Source of the DNA: Amoebidium appalachense
Taxonomy: Eukaryota > Protista > Ichthyosporea
Length of the DNA stretch: 64,000 nt
Assembly: GCA_963693365.1 (NCBI GenBank)
Contig: CAVNZM010000011.1
Span: 4,720,639 to 4,784,638, forward strand
Direction: 5' to 3'
Part shown: positions 12,786-25,573 of the stretch, piece after piece
Numbering within the stretch: the first letter of the stretch is position 1
Layout of the letters: each line of letters opens with the position of its first letter
Notes under the pieces: model-generated
Told to the model about the DNA's origin: nothing
The model's database searches: none
Seen by the model: the letters and a program-made list of their open reading frames with translations, nothing else
Position numbers and translations under genes: made by a program

Positions 12786-14264
12786 TTTGGAAACTTCTAA
12801 AATGGTCGAAAGGAGTATATACTAGGTTTTTTTTAGACGTACAGATGGTTACTGTATGTATAAGTATATGGTAGTGTTCAAACCAGCATTGGTCTAGGAG
12901 TTGGGGGCCGGGGAAGAGACTTGGTAAAAAAAGCTTTGCCCATGTAGCGAAGTGTTCGTTTTCGTTTCTTGGATATATGTTTCTTTTTACCGGGTTCGTA
13001 ACTTCGTGCCTCTGTTTAGCTGCAAGCTTGTACATGCTTGCATATAAATACGTAACATATTGAATACATACCAGTGCTCATATGTACACTGTGACTTCAT
13101 AAGCAAACGCTTCGATGAAGTTCGATCATTCATCCGCAGCCCACTGGGTGAAGTTGGCTCCAAGCCTGCTTGGCCGCCGAACGAAATGGGATGCAATGGT
13201 ATGCATCGCTTTGTGTCTGCACATGTTTGCTAAACTAAATGTAAATGTAAAATATCGATATGGGGTCACTGTGTGCTGATAAATTGTACCGTTGTTGTGT
13301 CCCAATTCTGCAGACTTTGACAAAAGCTTACATTCGAGAACTCATGCGAGAAGGCGAGACGTGCAAAAGATTGAAGAGAAAACAAACAAAAAACCTTATT
13401 GGTGCGTTCTTACCCAATCATAGCAGGTCTAAGCGAGTCTAAGACTCTAAGCTTAGGATACCGTGATCTGATTGGCTAGAAGAAAACTATTTGTGGTTCA
13501 AATGATCTGGTGCAATGGACTGGCATCAGTCGATTTTCCTGATCGAGGCTCTGAGATCTCCTCGCGAAAACGACAGAAAATCTGTACCCAAACTTGTTCT
13601 GAATTGGAGGGGAAGGCACCGCAAGCATCAGTGCTGCGTGACCCGGTTCCACCCCCCGGGCCTCGATCCATTTATATATCCTCAGCTCCCCCCCCCCCCC
13701 CCCCCTCCCGGGGGGCCCCCAACACACACACACACACACACACCCTACACGTGTACACAGACATCCATCGCCCTCCAACCCTCCCCCTCCCTTTTCCCTG
13801 TCGAATTCACTCCAGCCTCACATACACCAGCCCCTCGTTTTTGGGCAGAACTGTAACCTTCCTATGTTGTGTTCTCCGGAGTACTGAGGGTCAGGTGCGT
13901 AGTTGCTTTTGTAGTCTGGCTATTTAGGCGCCTGACGAAAAAAGAAGTTACATGCGCATGTAATCACACAAAACGAATCGCCTTAACTTTATTGTTGTCA
14001 TAGCAGAGCTTAGCTGGCCATGGCCCAGGGCCCGGAACTTCGCTACATATCGACATTAGTCCTTGAATACTCAAGCCATGAAGAATCATCAATGACTGCA
14101 GCAATAATTAGCGCTAATATTAGCTACTGTCGCAATGCTCGTTATGCTCGGATTTCGTTTGGTATACTATTATTGAAATGTGCTAATACTAATGGGCATA
14201 TATAAGGCAATGATTTTTCTTCAGTTTGTAGTAAAACAAAAACAAAAAACAAAAAAGGGGGAAA

Positions 14265-14313
<49 letters not shown>

Positions 14314-14702
14314 GGATGAAATTACGCGTCACAGTAATCCGATGACGACGACAACAACAACAATCCCCTTAACGCTAAACTGTTGTAAGCTACTGTCACA
14401 GTTCTCTAACTCGAAAATTGGCTGTAATATTAATGATGTGCTAATACTAATATATAAGGCATGAAGGAAAGGTAAATCAGTTAATAGTTGCGGAAAAAAA
14501 AAGGGGGGGGGGGGGGATAGACTACACAGAGCAGTCGTGTCAAAGCAAGAAAAGATTCCGGTTTTAAGAAACCAGTGAAACCCAATGAGAGAGAGGGGAA
14601 GAGAGGGGGGGTGGGGGGGGGGGGGGGGGGGGGGGGATACAAAGATGGAATTCACAGCGCTAAACCAAGGAAAGCAAATGACCAGGCCGGTACACACAGT
14701 GC

Positions 14703-16055
14703 CTAAGCGGCCCTTTTGCCGATGATCTTGTCCATGTGATGGATCAGCCCCCTGACACTGCTGTAGTCTTGCACCTGTGTGTGTGTGTGTATGTGTGCGT
14801 GCGTGCGTGTGTTTGCGTGTGAGTGTGTGTGTGTGTGTGCATGTGTGTGTGTGTGTGTGTGCATGTGTGTGTGTGTGTGTGTGTGTGCGAGCTGCAGACA
14901 GCGCGCGTGTGCGCTCGCGCACGTGTGTGTGTGTGTGTGCGCGCACGCACGTGTTATGTGCCTGTGCTCGGGTCTGTATGGTGTGTGTGGTGTGTGTGCG
15001 CGTTGGATAAGGGCGGCGTGCTAACGAATATATTCAAGTTGTGTTGTAGTGTCAGTGCATGTACTACTTCACCTTGACGATGTGGAGCTGCGGTGTCAAA
15101 GAATGTGTCATTTGGACAAACTCAAATCATCATGTTACTTGCTTTTTTAACACTTCAACACATGCGCACACACTTTTGCATTTATCATGGAGCCAAAAAT
15201 CTGGGCCACTTAGCTCTAAAGCTCTAGGTCTCCCAATCACAATCATGCAAATTCATGCACACATACATATACCACAGTTTGGCACATATCTTTGAATGGA
15301 CAGGTGTTCACGGATCCACGGGCGACACACATTCAAAATGCACACACATCCATGCATGCGTGCACGCATGTGCACACGGACACACCCCGGACACACACAC
15401 ACCGAACACGCATGCGGGGGTGCACACACACACACACACACACACACCCACCCACACCCACCCACCCACCCACCCACCCACCCACCCACCCACCCACCCA
15501 CCCACCCACCCACCCACCCACCCACCCACCCACCCACCCCCCCCACACACACACACCCACACACACACACACCGTTCACAAGTGTGAGCGTGGACACATC
15601 CCCCCCCCCTCCCCCCCCCCCCATTCACACACACACCCATACGATCAAGCACCCACCATCATGTAGAGACTCATTGCCTCATCCTCTTCATCCACCGACT
15701 CTTTGATGAAGTCCTGCAGAAACGCTATGCCACATATTAAGCAAAAGAACAGTCAAAAAAAAACAAAAAAAAAAAAACAAAAAAAAAAACATCACGACAA
15801 TAATGGGTTTCTACACCGACCTTTCATTGTCTGGAAGCATGTGCTACAATATAGACGAATAGCTTTTCAGAAGCAAAAAAGGAAGCTTTTGGATGAAAAA
15901 CAGCGAAGAAAACATTTACGCAAACACAAAAACAGGTGTCACATGATGCAGGGAACAGGTACATCAATGAGTGCCCATGGACGGTGACACAAAAGGGAGT
16001 GAGGCAGAAGGAAATTTCAGGATTTCGATGCTGTATGTGGGTGTGTTATGGAATG

Positions 16056-16090
<35 letters not shown>

Positions 16091-16119
16091 CTGCTGCTGG
16101 TGGTGGTGGTGGTAGCCTG

Positions 16120-16150
<31 letters not shown>

Positions 16151-16521
16151 GGGGGGGGGGGGAGAGGGGGGGGAGAAGGAGGGGGAGGAGAGGGGGGGGG
16201 GGGAGGGGGGGTTATCACAAACACTAGTACTTGAACAGTCGGAAATGAATAGCTGGCGCAGCTGAGTGTTTGAAAGCCGCATACCAGGGGGAAAAAAAAC
16301 CGAAGGGGTGAAAAAGGGAGGGAAAAAAAAAAGAGGGGGGAGGGGGGGGGGGACAATCATTTACCATGTGTGGCGTGGTCCTTTTCCATCACGGCCAGAT
16401 CGATAAGTTCACTGAGGCGATCAGTGTTTCCTCTCTCCAAGGCCATGATGCTGCGAAATATCTCGACTGCATTGGCCCAGTTGTTGTTGACTGCCTCCCC
16501 ACTGGGCACTGGTGTGTGTGT

Positions 16522-16560
<39 letters not shown>

Positions 16561-18438
16561 GGGGAGGGGGGGAGGAGGGGGGGGAGAGGGAAGTGGGGTT
16601 GTATCTGTGTCCGTGTGCGTGTGTGTAGTGTGTGTGTGTGTGTGGGGAGGGGGGGGGGGAGGGAGGAGGGGGGGGGGGAGAGGGAAGGGGGGTTGTATGT
16701 ATGTGCTATGTGTGTGCGTGTGGGGGGGGGGGGGGGGGGGGGAGGGGTGTGTGTGTGTGTGTGTTTGTGTGTGTGTGCGCGCACACACACACACACAGTG
16801 TGTGTACGTGTGAATGTGTTGTGCTCTTTACACATTGGAGAGAGAGGAGTTAACGAAAAGGGTACGTGTGCGCGATTGCACATAATGATTGTTTGTGCAC
16901 ACACGCCCCCCACTTCCTCCCTACCTCCCTCCACCTAACTAATATTAAGCTCCTTATAGTATTATTATTCTTTCCAGCCATTTCGAAAGTCATCCGGTAG
17001 GACCGACCACTAAAAAAAGAGGGAAAAAAGAGGCACAAAAAGGCCGGGGGGGGGGGGGGGGGGGGGGAGGGGTAGGAGCATTCACAAATTCGACCCATCA
17101 AGAGTCCAGGAGAGTCATTGTCATGCTGTGTCTATAATTATTCTCATGTGTGGGCTTGTGTTTTTCAAATCAAAAGAGAGGTGCTTTAGGGCCGAGAGGG
17201 GAGGGCGGGGGGGGGGGGGGGGGGGGGGGGCACCCGGGAGGGGTGGGGGGTGGGAGCTGGGGACAGGGGGATAGGCGGGAAGGGGGGGGAAGGAGGGAAG
17301 GGCGGACACCATATGCCGGTGACTTACATATTTGGCTAGTGCCTCCTCTCTTCTGCACATACTCAAACATCTTCAGTGCGTGAGCCCTCTCGGCGTCGGC
17401 TTCGTGGCGCAGAAACTTGGTGAACCCGGGAAGGTTTTCGCGCTCAAAATAGAAACTCATTCCCAGGTACGTGTTGCTGTTAAACAGCTCTCTGTTTGCT
17501 TGGCTCACGAGTTGTGTTTCCATTTTGACGCTGAGCCGCGACTGAAACGAATGTGGGATTCAAGGATTAGTAAAAGACGGAAAGGCATCGGAGGATATCA
17601 TCAGTCACTGTGCATGAATACGTGGATAGATGGGTGTGGGTGTGTGGGGCGCCTGGTGTGCACTCATAGGTATGTGTCCATGGCTACACGTTACACCTAG
17701 TGTGGTTGCGCTCTTAGTAGATCTGTGTGTGCGTGTGTGTGTGTGTGTATGCTGGGGGAGGAGAGGGAGGGGGTATGTGCTTGTGCTTTTGTGTTTGCAC
17801 AGGTGTCATTAGCCAAATCACAAAAAGTGTCAGGTGTAAGCGAGACACGGATGAGTGTGGGATGACCAGGAGAGTAGGGTTGGGGTAAATCAAGGTGGCA
17901 AAATACGAAGGGGAAGCTGAGGGGGTTGGGGGGTGGGGGGAGGACTTGGCTGTACGGATATTTCACGGGAGTAATTGGGTGAGGAGCAGGGGGGGGGGGA
18001 GAGAGAAGGAAGGAAGGGGATGGGGGGCCCGGGGGGGGGGGGGGGGGGGGGGGGGGTTGGGGGGAGAAATCATATCACGTGGCAAAGTCAACGCAAAGGC
18101 CAGTGCTCTGTGCTATATCTATACCAAGAGAACCTTTTCCCTTTGCCGCCCTCTCACCTCCCACTCACCCCTTCCTCTCCACCCCCAACATATTGCAAGT
18201 TTTGACATCCTTTTCCATGTCCCAAACGTGGATCTAATAATTATACAGCTGCACATTTGCCCAGAGCCGTTTTGCATGCTTGTTAGAAACCACGCAGATG
18301 AGGCACGTGCAGGGGATTTCTTACCGCAAATTTCTCACTATACCAGCGCCTAACAACAAGCGGGTAAGTGGATCTCCCCCCACTGCACAACACCAGACGA
18401 GGAGCCGCCTTTGTAATGCCGGACCAGCTGTACATCAT
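14703..18438 (-). CDS. Ferritin, bacterial FtnA-like, with N-terminal mitochondrial-presequence-like exon (203 aa)
   Basis: Phase-consistent exons 18438-18325, 17541-17328, 16508-16365, 15724-15657, 14774-14703 (TAG). Protein: MMYSWSGITKAAPRLVLCSGGRSTYPLVVRRWYSEKFA|SRLSVKMETQLVSQANRELFNSNTYLGMSFYFERENLPGFTKFLRHEADAERAHALKMFEYVQKRGGTSQILPSG...ALERGNTDRLSELIDLAVMEKDHATHAFLQDFIKESVDEEDEAMSLYMMVQDYSSVRGLIHHMDKIIGKRAA. Confidence 0.92.
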
Positions 18439-18827
18439 TTTCCTTTAGAGAGAAGTTCACTTTCTCGTTTTTTGGGTTACTTGTTTATTTTGCAGCTCTG
18501 TTGTGTGTATGTGGCACTTGAGAGCTGGAGAACGGCGAAGGAACAGTGGTGGTCTTATGTCGATCTAAAGAGGAGGGGAGCTTCACTGTGTTAGACTGCG
18601 GGCTCAAGTGGTCCCAAAAACCAAGCCCCAATTTACCACACTTATGTCCCAAAAACAAAACCGCCTAAAACTTAACCCCTCCAACGATATAAGACTACTT
18701 TGGCCCTTGGCACTAGGATAACTAGGACTGTTTATAACAGAGCACGGAAAGTTTACGTTCGCTCAGTCAGACAGACACTTAGAAAACAAACAACTCTGAT
18801 TCATTGAAAACATTGCTCACCCCCCCA

Positions 18828-18902
18828 TCGGTCCGGTCTGGTCCGGTCCAACCTTTCACCGGTCCGGTTCCGGTCCGAATTCGGTCTTTTTCAGGGGTCC
18901 CG

Positions 18903-18952
<50 letters not shown>

Positions 18953-19772
18953 GGCGGCCTGAGTCCCCCTCCCGGCCTTAGCAGCCCCCCTCCCCCCCTC
19001 CCTCCCCCCCCATCCCCCCCGGCTCCCCTTCGTTAGATCCCCCCTCGAGCTCCCCCTCCCCCCCCCCCCCCCTCCCCCCTCCCCCACCCCCCTCCCGAGG
19101 CTCCCGGCCCCCCGCTCAGCCCTGGGCCCAACTTGCCGCCGGCCCCACACGGCTGGCAGGCCCAGCCGTAGCCCGACCCCCTCCCCACCCTCCCCTACTG
19201 CCCTTTGTGGCCTCGGGGCCTTCTCTCCCTCCCCCTACCGTGCACCCTCTCGTCAAGTTCACCCCCCGCCCGTGCATGCATGTGCACGCTAACATCAGTG
19301 CCCTCTCAGCTCCGCAGTGATAGCTTTCACAATAGCTATATGGTGCTTGCGAATATAGCACAAGCAATAGATGCTCTCCTCCTTTAATATCCTTTCTGAC
19401 TCGGGTGTGGGCCACTGGCGCACTGCAACATCTCATGGGAGTGTCATGGCCGCCGAAGTGTTTCTTGTGTCAGAGATATTAGTGTTCCTGTCGAGTATAC
19501 TGACGAGATCTTTCAAAGAATGGAGAGCATGAGTGTGTGGAAAGTGAGGGCAGAGAGTGGAGAAGAAAGGGTAGAGAAATGGAGAAGGGAGGGAAGGGGG
19601 GCATTAGCCGTGCTGGGCTATGCACTGTGACCGTCTACCTCGGGGGTCAAAAAAAACACATGTATGCCGCTCGAAAACTTTCCCAGATTGAACCGGTCCG
19701 CCAAGATGAGGACCGGTCCGATCCGGTCCTACCCCTGGACCGGTCCAGACCGTCGGTCCGGTCTAGACTCTA
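18828..19772. mobile_element. Probable degenerate non-autonomous DNA transposon with GGTCC/GGACC subterminal repeats
   Basis: Clusters of GGTCC/ACCGG at 18828-18890 and 19690-19762. It ends in GTCTAGACTCTA, also seen at 38131-38142 (AGACTCTA also at 39191-39198). No left TIR or TSD was found. Confidence 0.45.
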
Positions 19773-19889
19773 GACTGGAGAATGCCCTTGTGAAAAAAGC
19801 AAACCACAAGGCAGAAGCAGCTGCAAGGTGATTGGACAAAAAACTCTTTCCTAATATGGGTAAAAAATGGTTGAAAGCCTGCGCAATGC

Positions 19890-19917
19890 CACGGCCCTCT
19901 GAATTCAGAGGGCCGTG
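19890..19917. mobile_element. 28-bp perfect palindrome flanked by a 7-bp direct repeat (mini TIR-only insertion)
   Basis: GCAATGC|CACGGCCCTCTGAATTCAGAGGGCCGTG|GCAATGC; direct repeats at 19883-19889 and 19918-19924. Confidence 0.6.
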
Positions 19918-21453
19918 GCAATGCGCATGCCTCTATGTGACATGCTCCCTTGATATCTAATGGCTTGGATTGTAGACATAAAATTTTTGCAAGTTATGTT
20001 TATAGCATATCGGTAGCTGTTTGTGACGATATGAAACATGCTTGCAGTGGCCGCCCTTGAAGGCATTTGTCACAAGTAATTTATTGAGTACAGTAATACT
20101 CCGCCTCTAGATCTATGATCAGCTGATTCAGATGACGACTTTCCTCGACGGCGCGCGCTGCATATTTTTAACAGTTTCTAAACATTCCAGAGATCTGCGT
20201 AAATGATTTCCGATTGGACACAAAATTTTGAAGGCTGGTCTCCCTACACCTGTCGGCAGCCGGCCGCGACTGTATGGCCTGTGAGACTGTAAACAGCAAA
20301 TGCATGACTGTAAACACTCAAAGGATGCAAATAGAAGCAGTTTCACAGATATACATTGGTAAAAAATTTGAGACACATAAAAAACACATAATTAATGGTT
20401 TAATGCGCATCTCCATGTCGCTGCAAGTGGCTTGTGTCAAGTTCGGGCTGGATCGGGGTTCGATCCCAACCTAAAATTTCCACTTGAAATTTACAAATAT
20501 CAATGCAGTTAAAATAAGGCTTTGTTTCGTCATGTCCATGTGATTTCTGATGTAGGGTTTATAAAGCAAAATGCAGCTCTACATATATAAAACATCAGGT
20601 TCTTCGCCCCAAGTATATATATATTAATAAACTCTTAACAAGACCAGATAATTGCCTAAGCTTACACTGAAGGCTCCAGTTCAATTTTCAAAGAAAAAGT
20701 AAATGCAGTAATTGTGACATTACAACAGCCCACAAGTAAGAGGTGCTAGGGGATCATAAAATGGGGAAATGAGAGTCCAATCAACAAGGAGCATTCCCCG
20801 GAAAAAACATACCTTAGTCACCAAACCCACGGGTTCACGACCTGAGGAATTTCGACGCCCTTCACAAGACGGGAAGGACCAAAACTCCTCTTTACTATGC
20901 TCTAAACTATGTTTCAGCTAATAAAACACTAAACCAGTTTATATACTGTGGAGAGTTTCTGCGCTACATATATTTCATTTAGTAAGAGGTGAATGGATGT
21001 GCTAAAAACTCGAATGCATAAGTGTATGTATTTGGACCCTCGCCAAACATTCCGATCCTTTCAAACCCTGGAATGAGTCAGTGACACTCAGTCACACCAG
21101 TGACACCACTAGAACTTTGTCTTCAGATCACCGGTACCTCTTCCGACACACTGTGGATACTACTGTGTCCTAATGTACACTGTTTTCTTTTTCTACCGCA
21201 ATGTCCTGATAGCTTCATATACGCATGGGGCAAAGTTGTAGTGCCCTACACTATTTTCTTCAACATTTTCAGGACGGGGTTGCCACTGCTCAGTGGTAGT
21301 TCATTGCAGAACCGAACCTCATGTTGTCATTTCCTCACAGCACCTAACCGCCTCCTAATATAGACTACGTTACAGGATTGCACTCTTTGAGCTACGCTTT
21401 AGTTAGCTACAAGTACCAAATATTTAGAACCCAAATACACTGTATCATTAACC

Positions 21454-22612
21454 ATGATCATTCCATCCCTTCTAGCATGTTCCCTATATGGGTTAGCTCA
21501 TGCCCAAACCGCAAGGTGCCTCAAACCATGCCTCCGCGTTCTTCGCCCCGTTTGTGGTTCAGATGGCATCACCTATTTGAACGAGTGTCTCATGGAAATC
21601 ACAGCGTGTGAGAAAAATTCACCCATTACGGTGGCTTTCCGGGGTAGATGTGATGCCCGGAGCTCGACCTCTCGTCCTGACATCGTCCCAATCGCTCAGT
21701 TAGAGCCTGCGATCCCTCCTTCTCCCCCCCCCTGCCCCCCTCAAACTGGCAGCAGAGGTAGCCACGTGCCCCACTTTCTGCACCCTAGATATAAACCAGG
21801 TGTGTGGCTCGGACGGGAAAACGTACAACAATGTTTGCGAGCTGGAGCGTGCATCTTGCAACAACGGCCCAATAACAAAAGTGGGCTATGGTGCATGTGT
21901 TTCGGCGGCGGAGGTCGGAGGAACACAGCCTTTGGCCCTTCTTCCCGAGTTGCTATCAATGGCAGGTGGTGATGTTAAGAGCGCAAGCCATCTGCCTGCT
22001 AAATGTGTAACATGTACGCTCGACTTGAAGCCTGTTTGTGCGTCTGATGGAGTAGTTTATTCGAACGAATGCATGATGCAACAGTGGGCGTGCAAAACCA
22101 AAACATCCATCTACAAACTGAAGGATGGAACATGCGAGGACGCCCATATTCGAAAAATTGTAGTATCCACCACCAGCAAACAAACAACCCCAGCAGCCAC
22201 GACAACTGCCACCACAACCACTAAGCAAACAACCCCCACATTCCACATTCTAACCATGTCCTCATCTCCCAAACCGCCACCTACCCCCCCCAGACCCGCG
22301 GTCGCACCACGCACCAGAGCTTCTCGCCGGCCCACCACCACCACCATCACTGTAAAAAAACCCACCACTACTATTAACCCCATGACTACCAGCCCCACCT
22401 ATGTGAGGTGTGTGCGTCATACCGATTGTCCGGTGAAACTCGGGGGGAAGGCAGAACAATGGCTGTGTGTGAGTCATAGCAAATGCCCACCCACGACGTG
22501 CAAATTGAGCTCAACATGGGGTCTTTCCGTCTGCCAGAAACCTGACTGCAAAAAACCACTGGCGGTGCCTCAGGGGTACTGCGCACCGGTGGGTGCAAGG
22601 AGAGCACACTAG
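21454..22612 (+). CDS. Secreted 3xKazal serine-protease inhibitor with Thr/Pro-rich stalk and Cys-rich C-terminus (~385 aa; one frameshift in a C run)
   Basis: Signal peptide MIIPSLLACSLYGLAHA. Kazal motifs CLRVLRPVCGSDGITYLNEC, CTLDINQVCGSDGKTYNNVC and CTLDLKPVCASDGVVYSNEC. ORFs 21454-21972 and 21800-22612 join by removing one C from the C9 run at 21724-21732 (SPPPAPLKLAAEVATCPTFC). Confidence 0.88.
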
Positions 22613-23455
22613 GTTTTGTTAATAAAGTTTCATAAAATCTGCCTGTACTGATAATGTTTTTTTCTCTCTGATGATCTTGTTTTCTTCTGCTTCTTCTGTT
22701 TTTGGTAATAAGCTCTTGATTAGTAAACGCTTCAAGTTGACTAAGAGGTGTGTTCCTTATAGCTTCATAGTGGTGATTGTTGCGAGCCATGTTAGTGGAG
22801 GAGAACAAAACGTAACATTTCTTCATTTCTTCGGTAATTTTTCTGAAAAGCCGTGGGATACAAGTCGGAAAAGTTTCAATCATTATTTAGCTGTGTCCTA
22901 CAGTCTTCAATAATTATATTAGTATTTGGTGCCCTCAGGTACCCTTGCTGTTGATGAGTGAATTCAAAGGCCCGTCAATAGTCAACTCACGGTTGGCATG
23001 ACCACTTGTAAGATCAACCTCTAGCTCGGGTTTTATGTTGTTTAAGTCCTCAGATGTGGCTGCCTTTTTTTTTCTTTTCTTTTGGTAAATCGTTTGCCCA
23101 TGAGCCAACATGAGAGACATACATATAACGGCCGATAGGCTTGCTGGGCATGCGTGGACCTAAGAGTCTAAATTTGTTGCTTGTACTCTTTTGTATTTAC
23201 ATATACTCGGGTGCGAGATAAACGTTTTTTGTTGATATCTCCTACCCCTTCATCTGCACCTCGTGTCAAGTCCGAACCCTCCCCTCCCCCCTCCTTCCCC
23301 TCCTCTTCCTCCCTCCCCCCCCCCCCCACAAAACACACACACACACACATTCGTAACGTCCCACTGGCCAGAGCACATGTTCGTGAACATGGCAGGTCAC
23401 CCTGCTCTGAGCTATTGCATATTAGGGACAGGCACACACTCCTCCGACAGTTCAA

Positions 23456-23486
<31 letters not shown>

Positions 23487-23856
23487 CAACCCCCTCCCCC
23501 CTCTTTCCATGCTCGGGGGCTACTCCCCCCTCCTCCCAACCAACCAACCAACCAAACCGGAAAAAAAAAAAAAAAAAAAAATAGAAAAAGTCCCGACACC
23601 TTCTTCTTCCACTTCCCCCCCCCCCCTCCCCCCCCCCCCCCCCCCCCCTTCCGGCACACACACACACTCACACACACGCACAAACACACACACCTCGATT
23701 CCCCCCCTCCCCTTCCCCGCCCCTCCCCCCTCCCCCCTTGGCCCCCCCTCCCCCCAGCCCACCCCCGGAAAACTAAAAGAAACCAGAAAAAGCCCCCCCG
23801 CCCTCCTTCTTCACTTACTCCCTCCCCCCCCCCCCCCCCTTCGGCACACACACACA

Positions 23857-23902
<46 letters not shown>

Positions 23903-24820
23903 ATACACGGGTCCTCCCTCCCCCTCCCCCCCTAAACACCTCTTCTGCCCTCGCTTCCCCCCCCCCCCCCCCCCCCCCCCCCCAAACACCTCTTCTACCC
24001 TCGCTCTCCCCCCCCCCCCCCATCCCCCTCCCCCCCGGGAAAACTAAAAGAATACTTATACCAGAGAAGCCCCGGCCCCACAGCCTTCACTTCCCCCCCC
24101 CCCCCCCCCCTTCCCCCCCCTTCCCATTTCCCAACACACACACGCGCAAGCGCATGAGCACTGGGTATGCCACCCCTATATCAGCCTCTATCTAAATTAT
24201 CCTTTTTTCCTACAGTAATTTTTTAACTATACCCAAATACGTGTCCTAGCTTTTTGTTTTCACGTACTTATAATGATGTATCCCTTCGTTTTGTTTGATG
24301 TATCCCTTAGGTTTGATGTATCCCTTGGGGGGTTGAGTTTCATCCGGGGCCGGGGCCGGATGAAAGAATCACATTTCATTATAATTTACAACTTAGTTAC
24401 CACCACACACCACACCGGCAAGCACACATTTGAAACAGGTACGGGGGTCCGGATCCTAGGAGGGTGTGTGTGTGTGTGGGGGGGGGGGGGAGGGGGGGGA
24501 GGGGGGGGGGAGGGGGGTGCTCTGCAGCATATATATCCACTTCTACATTCTACACACCAATGCTGTCGTTCACACCCCCACACGTAGCCATCCAATGTAC
24601 ATACACCGCGGCACACACTCAAACACACACCAACACGTTAGTGCATAATTATCCAAATTTTCACACCCACACCCACTCCGTATCCGTGCCACACTCGTCA
24701 GTGTCACACGCGTGCGCACACTCACACATGCAATGCCAGTTTTCCTATTCCGAGTCCACACATGTATGGCTCACACGCTCAAACAGCAAAGTACCATGAT
24801 ACAGTCACCGTGCGTTATAG

Positions 24821-24867
<47 letters not shown>

Positions 24868-25520
24868 CGATGTCACCGATTTGGGGTCTCGGGCAGGATT
24901 TGAACACGGACACATTACGATTTTTTGCGTCTCCCACAATATAACGTCCCCGGGAGTGTTACCAAAGGAGTAATATCGAGCGGTGACTGTGCGTGCCAAT
25001 CGTATGTGAGCCACTACCATCTATAAACAACATGATCGATCCCAGGATGCAGCCGGTGACTATGATAATTACTTTTAGGGCATACGGCCAGCAAATCACT
25101 GCACCCGTTTATTTTTAAAATTTTTAATCTTATCGGCCTGTCCAGTGGCTGGGAAATTTATTCCCTATCTTTCCCAGGTCAACATATGATGATCTATCAA
25201 CCGTCGACATAGGCATGTAATTCCTTTAGAAATACGTAGTTACACGAACCAACCACATGTTGCTCTGAGTTCAGACAAGAACTAAAGTTCACCCCCTGGG
25301 TGCAATATGTACATTGGGTTGGGTTTGAAGAAAATAAGTAACAGGTGTTTATTGTAACGGCTCAGAGGTTCAGAAGGCATTTGAACTTCAAGTAAGACTG
25401 GGTGTGATATGGGAAATGAGGGGGGAGATTAGTGGGTGGGTGGGTGGGTGGGGGTGTGGAGGGAGGGGGGGGGGGGGGGGGGGGAGGGGGGAGGGAGGGG
25501 GTAGGGGGGAAGGAAGGGGG

Positions 25521-25573
<53 letters not shown>

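Noticed and set aside
18575-18600. Iron-responsive element upstream of ferritin (CAGTGA on the minus strand)
   Set aside because: The flanks (TAACA / AGCTC) cannot form the 5-bp upper stem of an IRE.
24338-24365. Hairpin TTTCATCCGG-N8-CCGGATGAAA as a Helitron 3' end or terminator
   Set aside because: Not followed by CTRR or a U-tract, and no other supporting structure.
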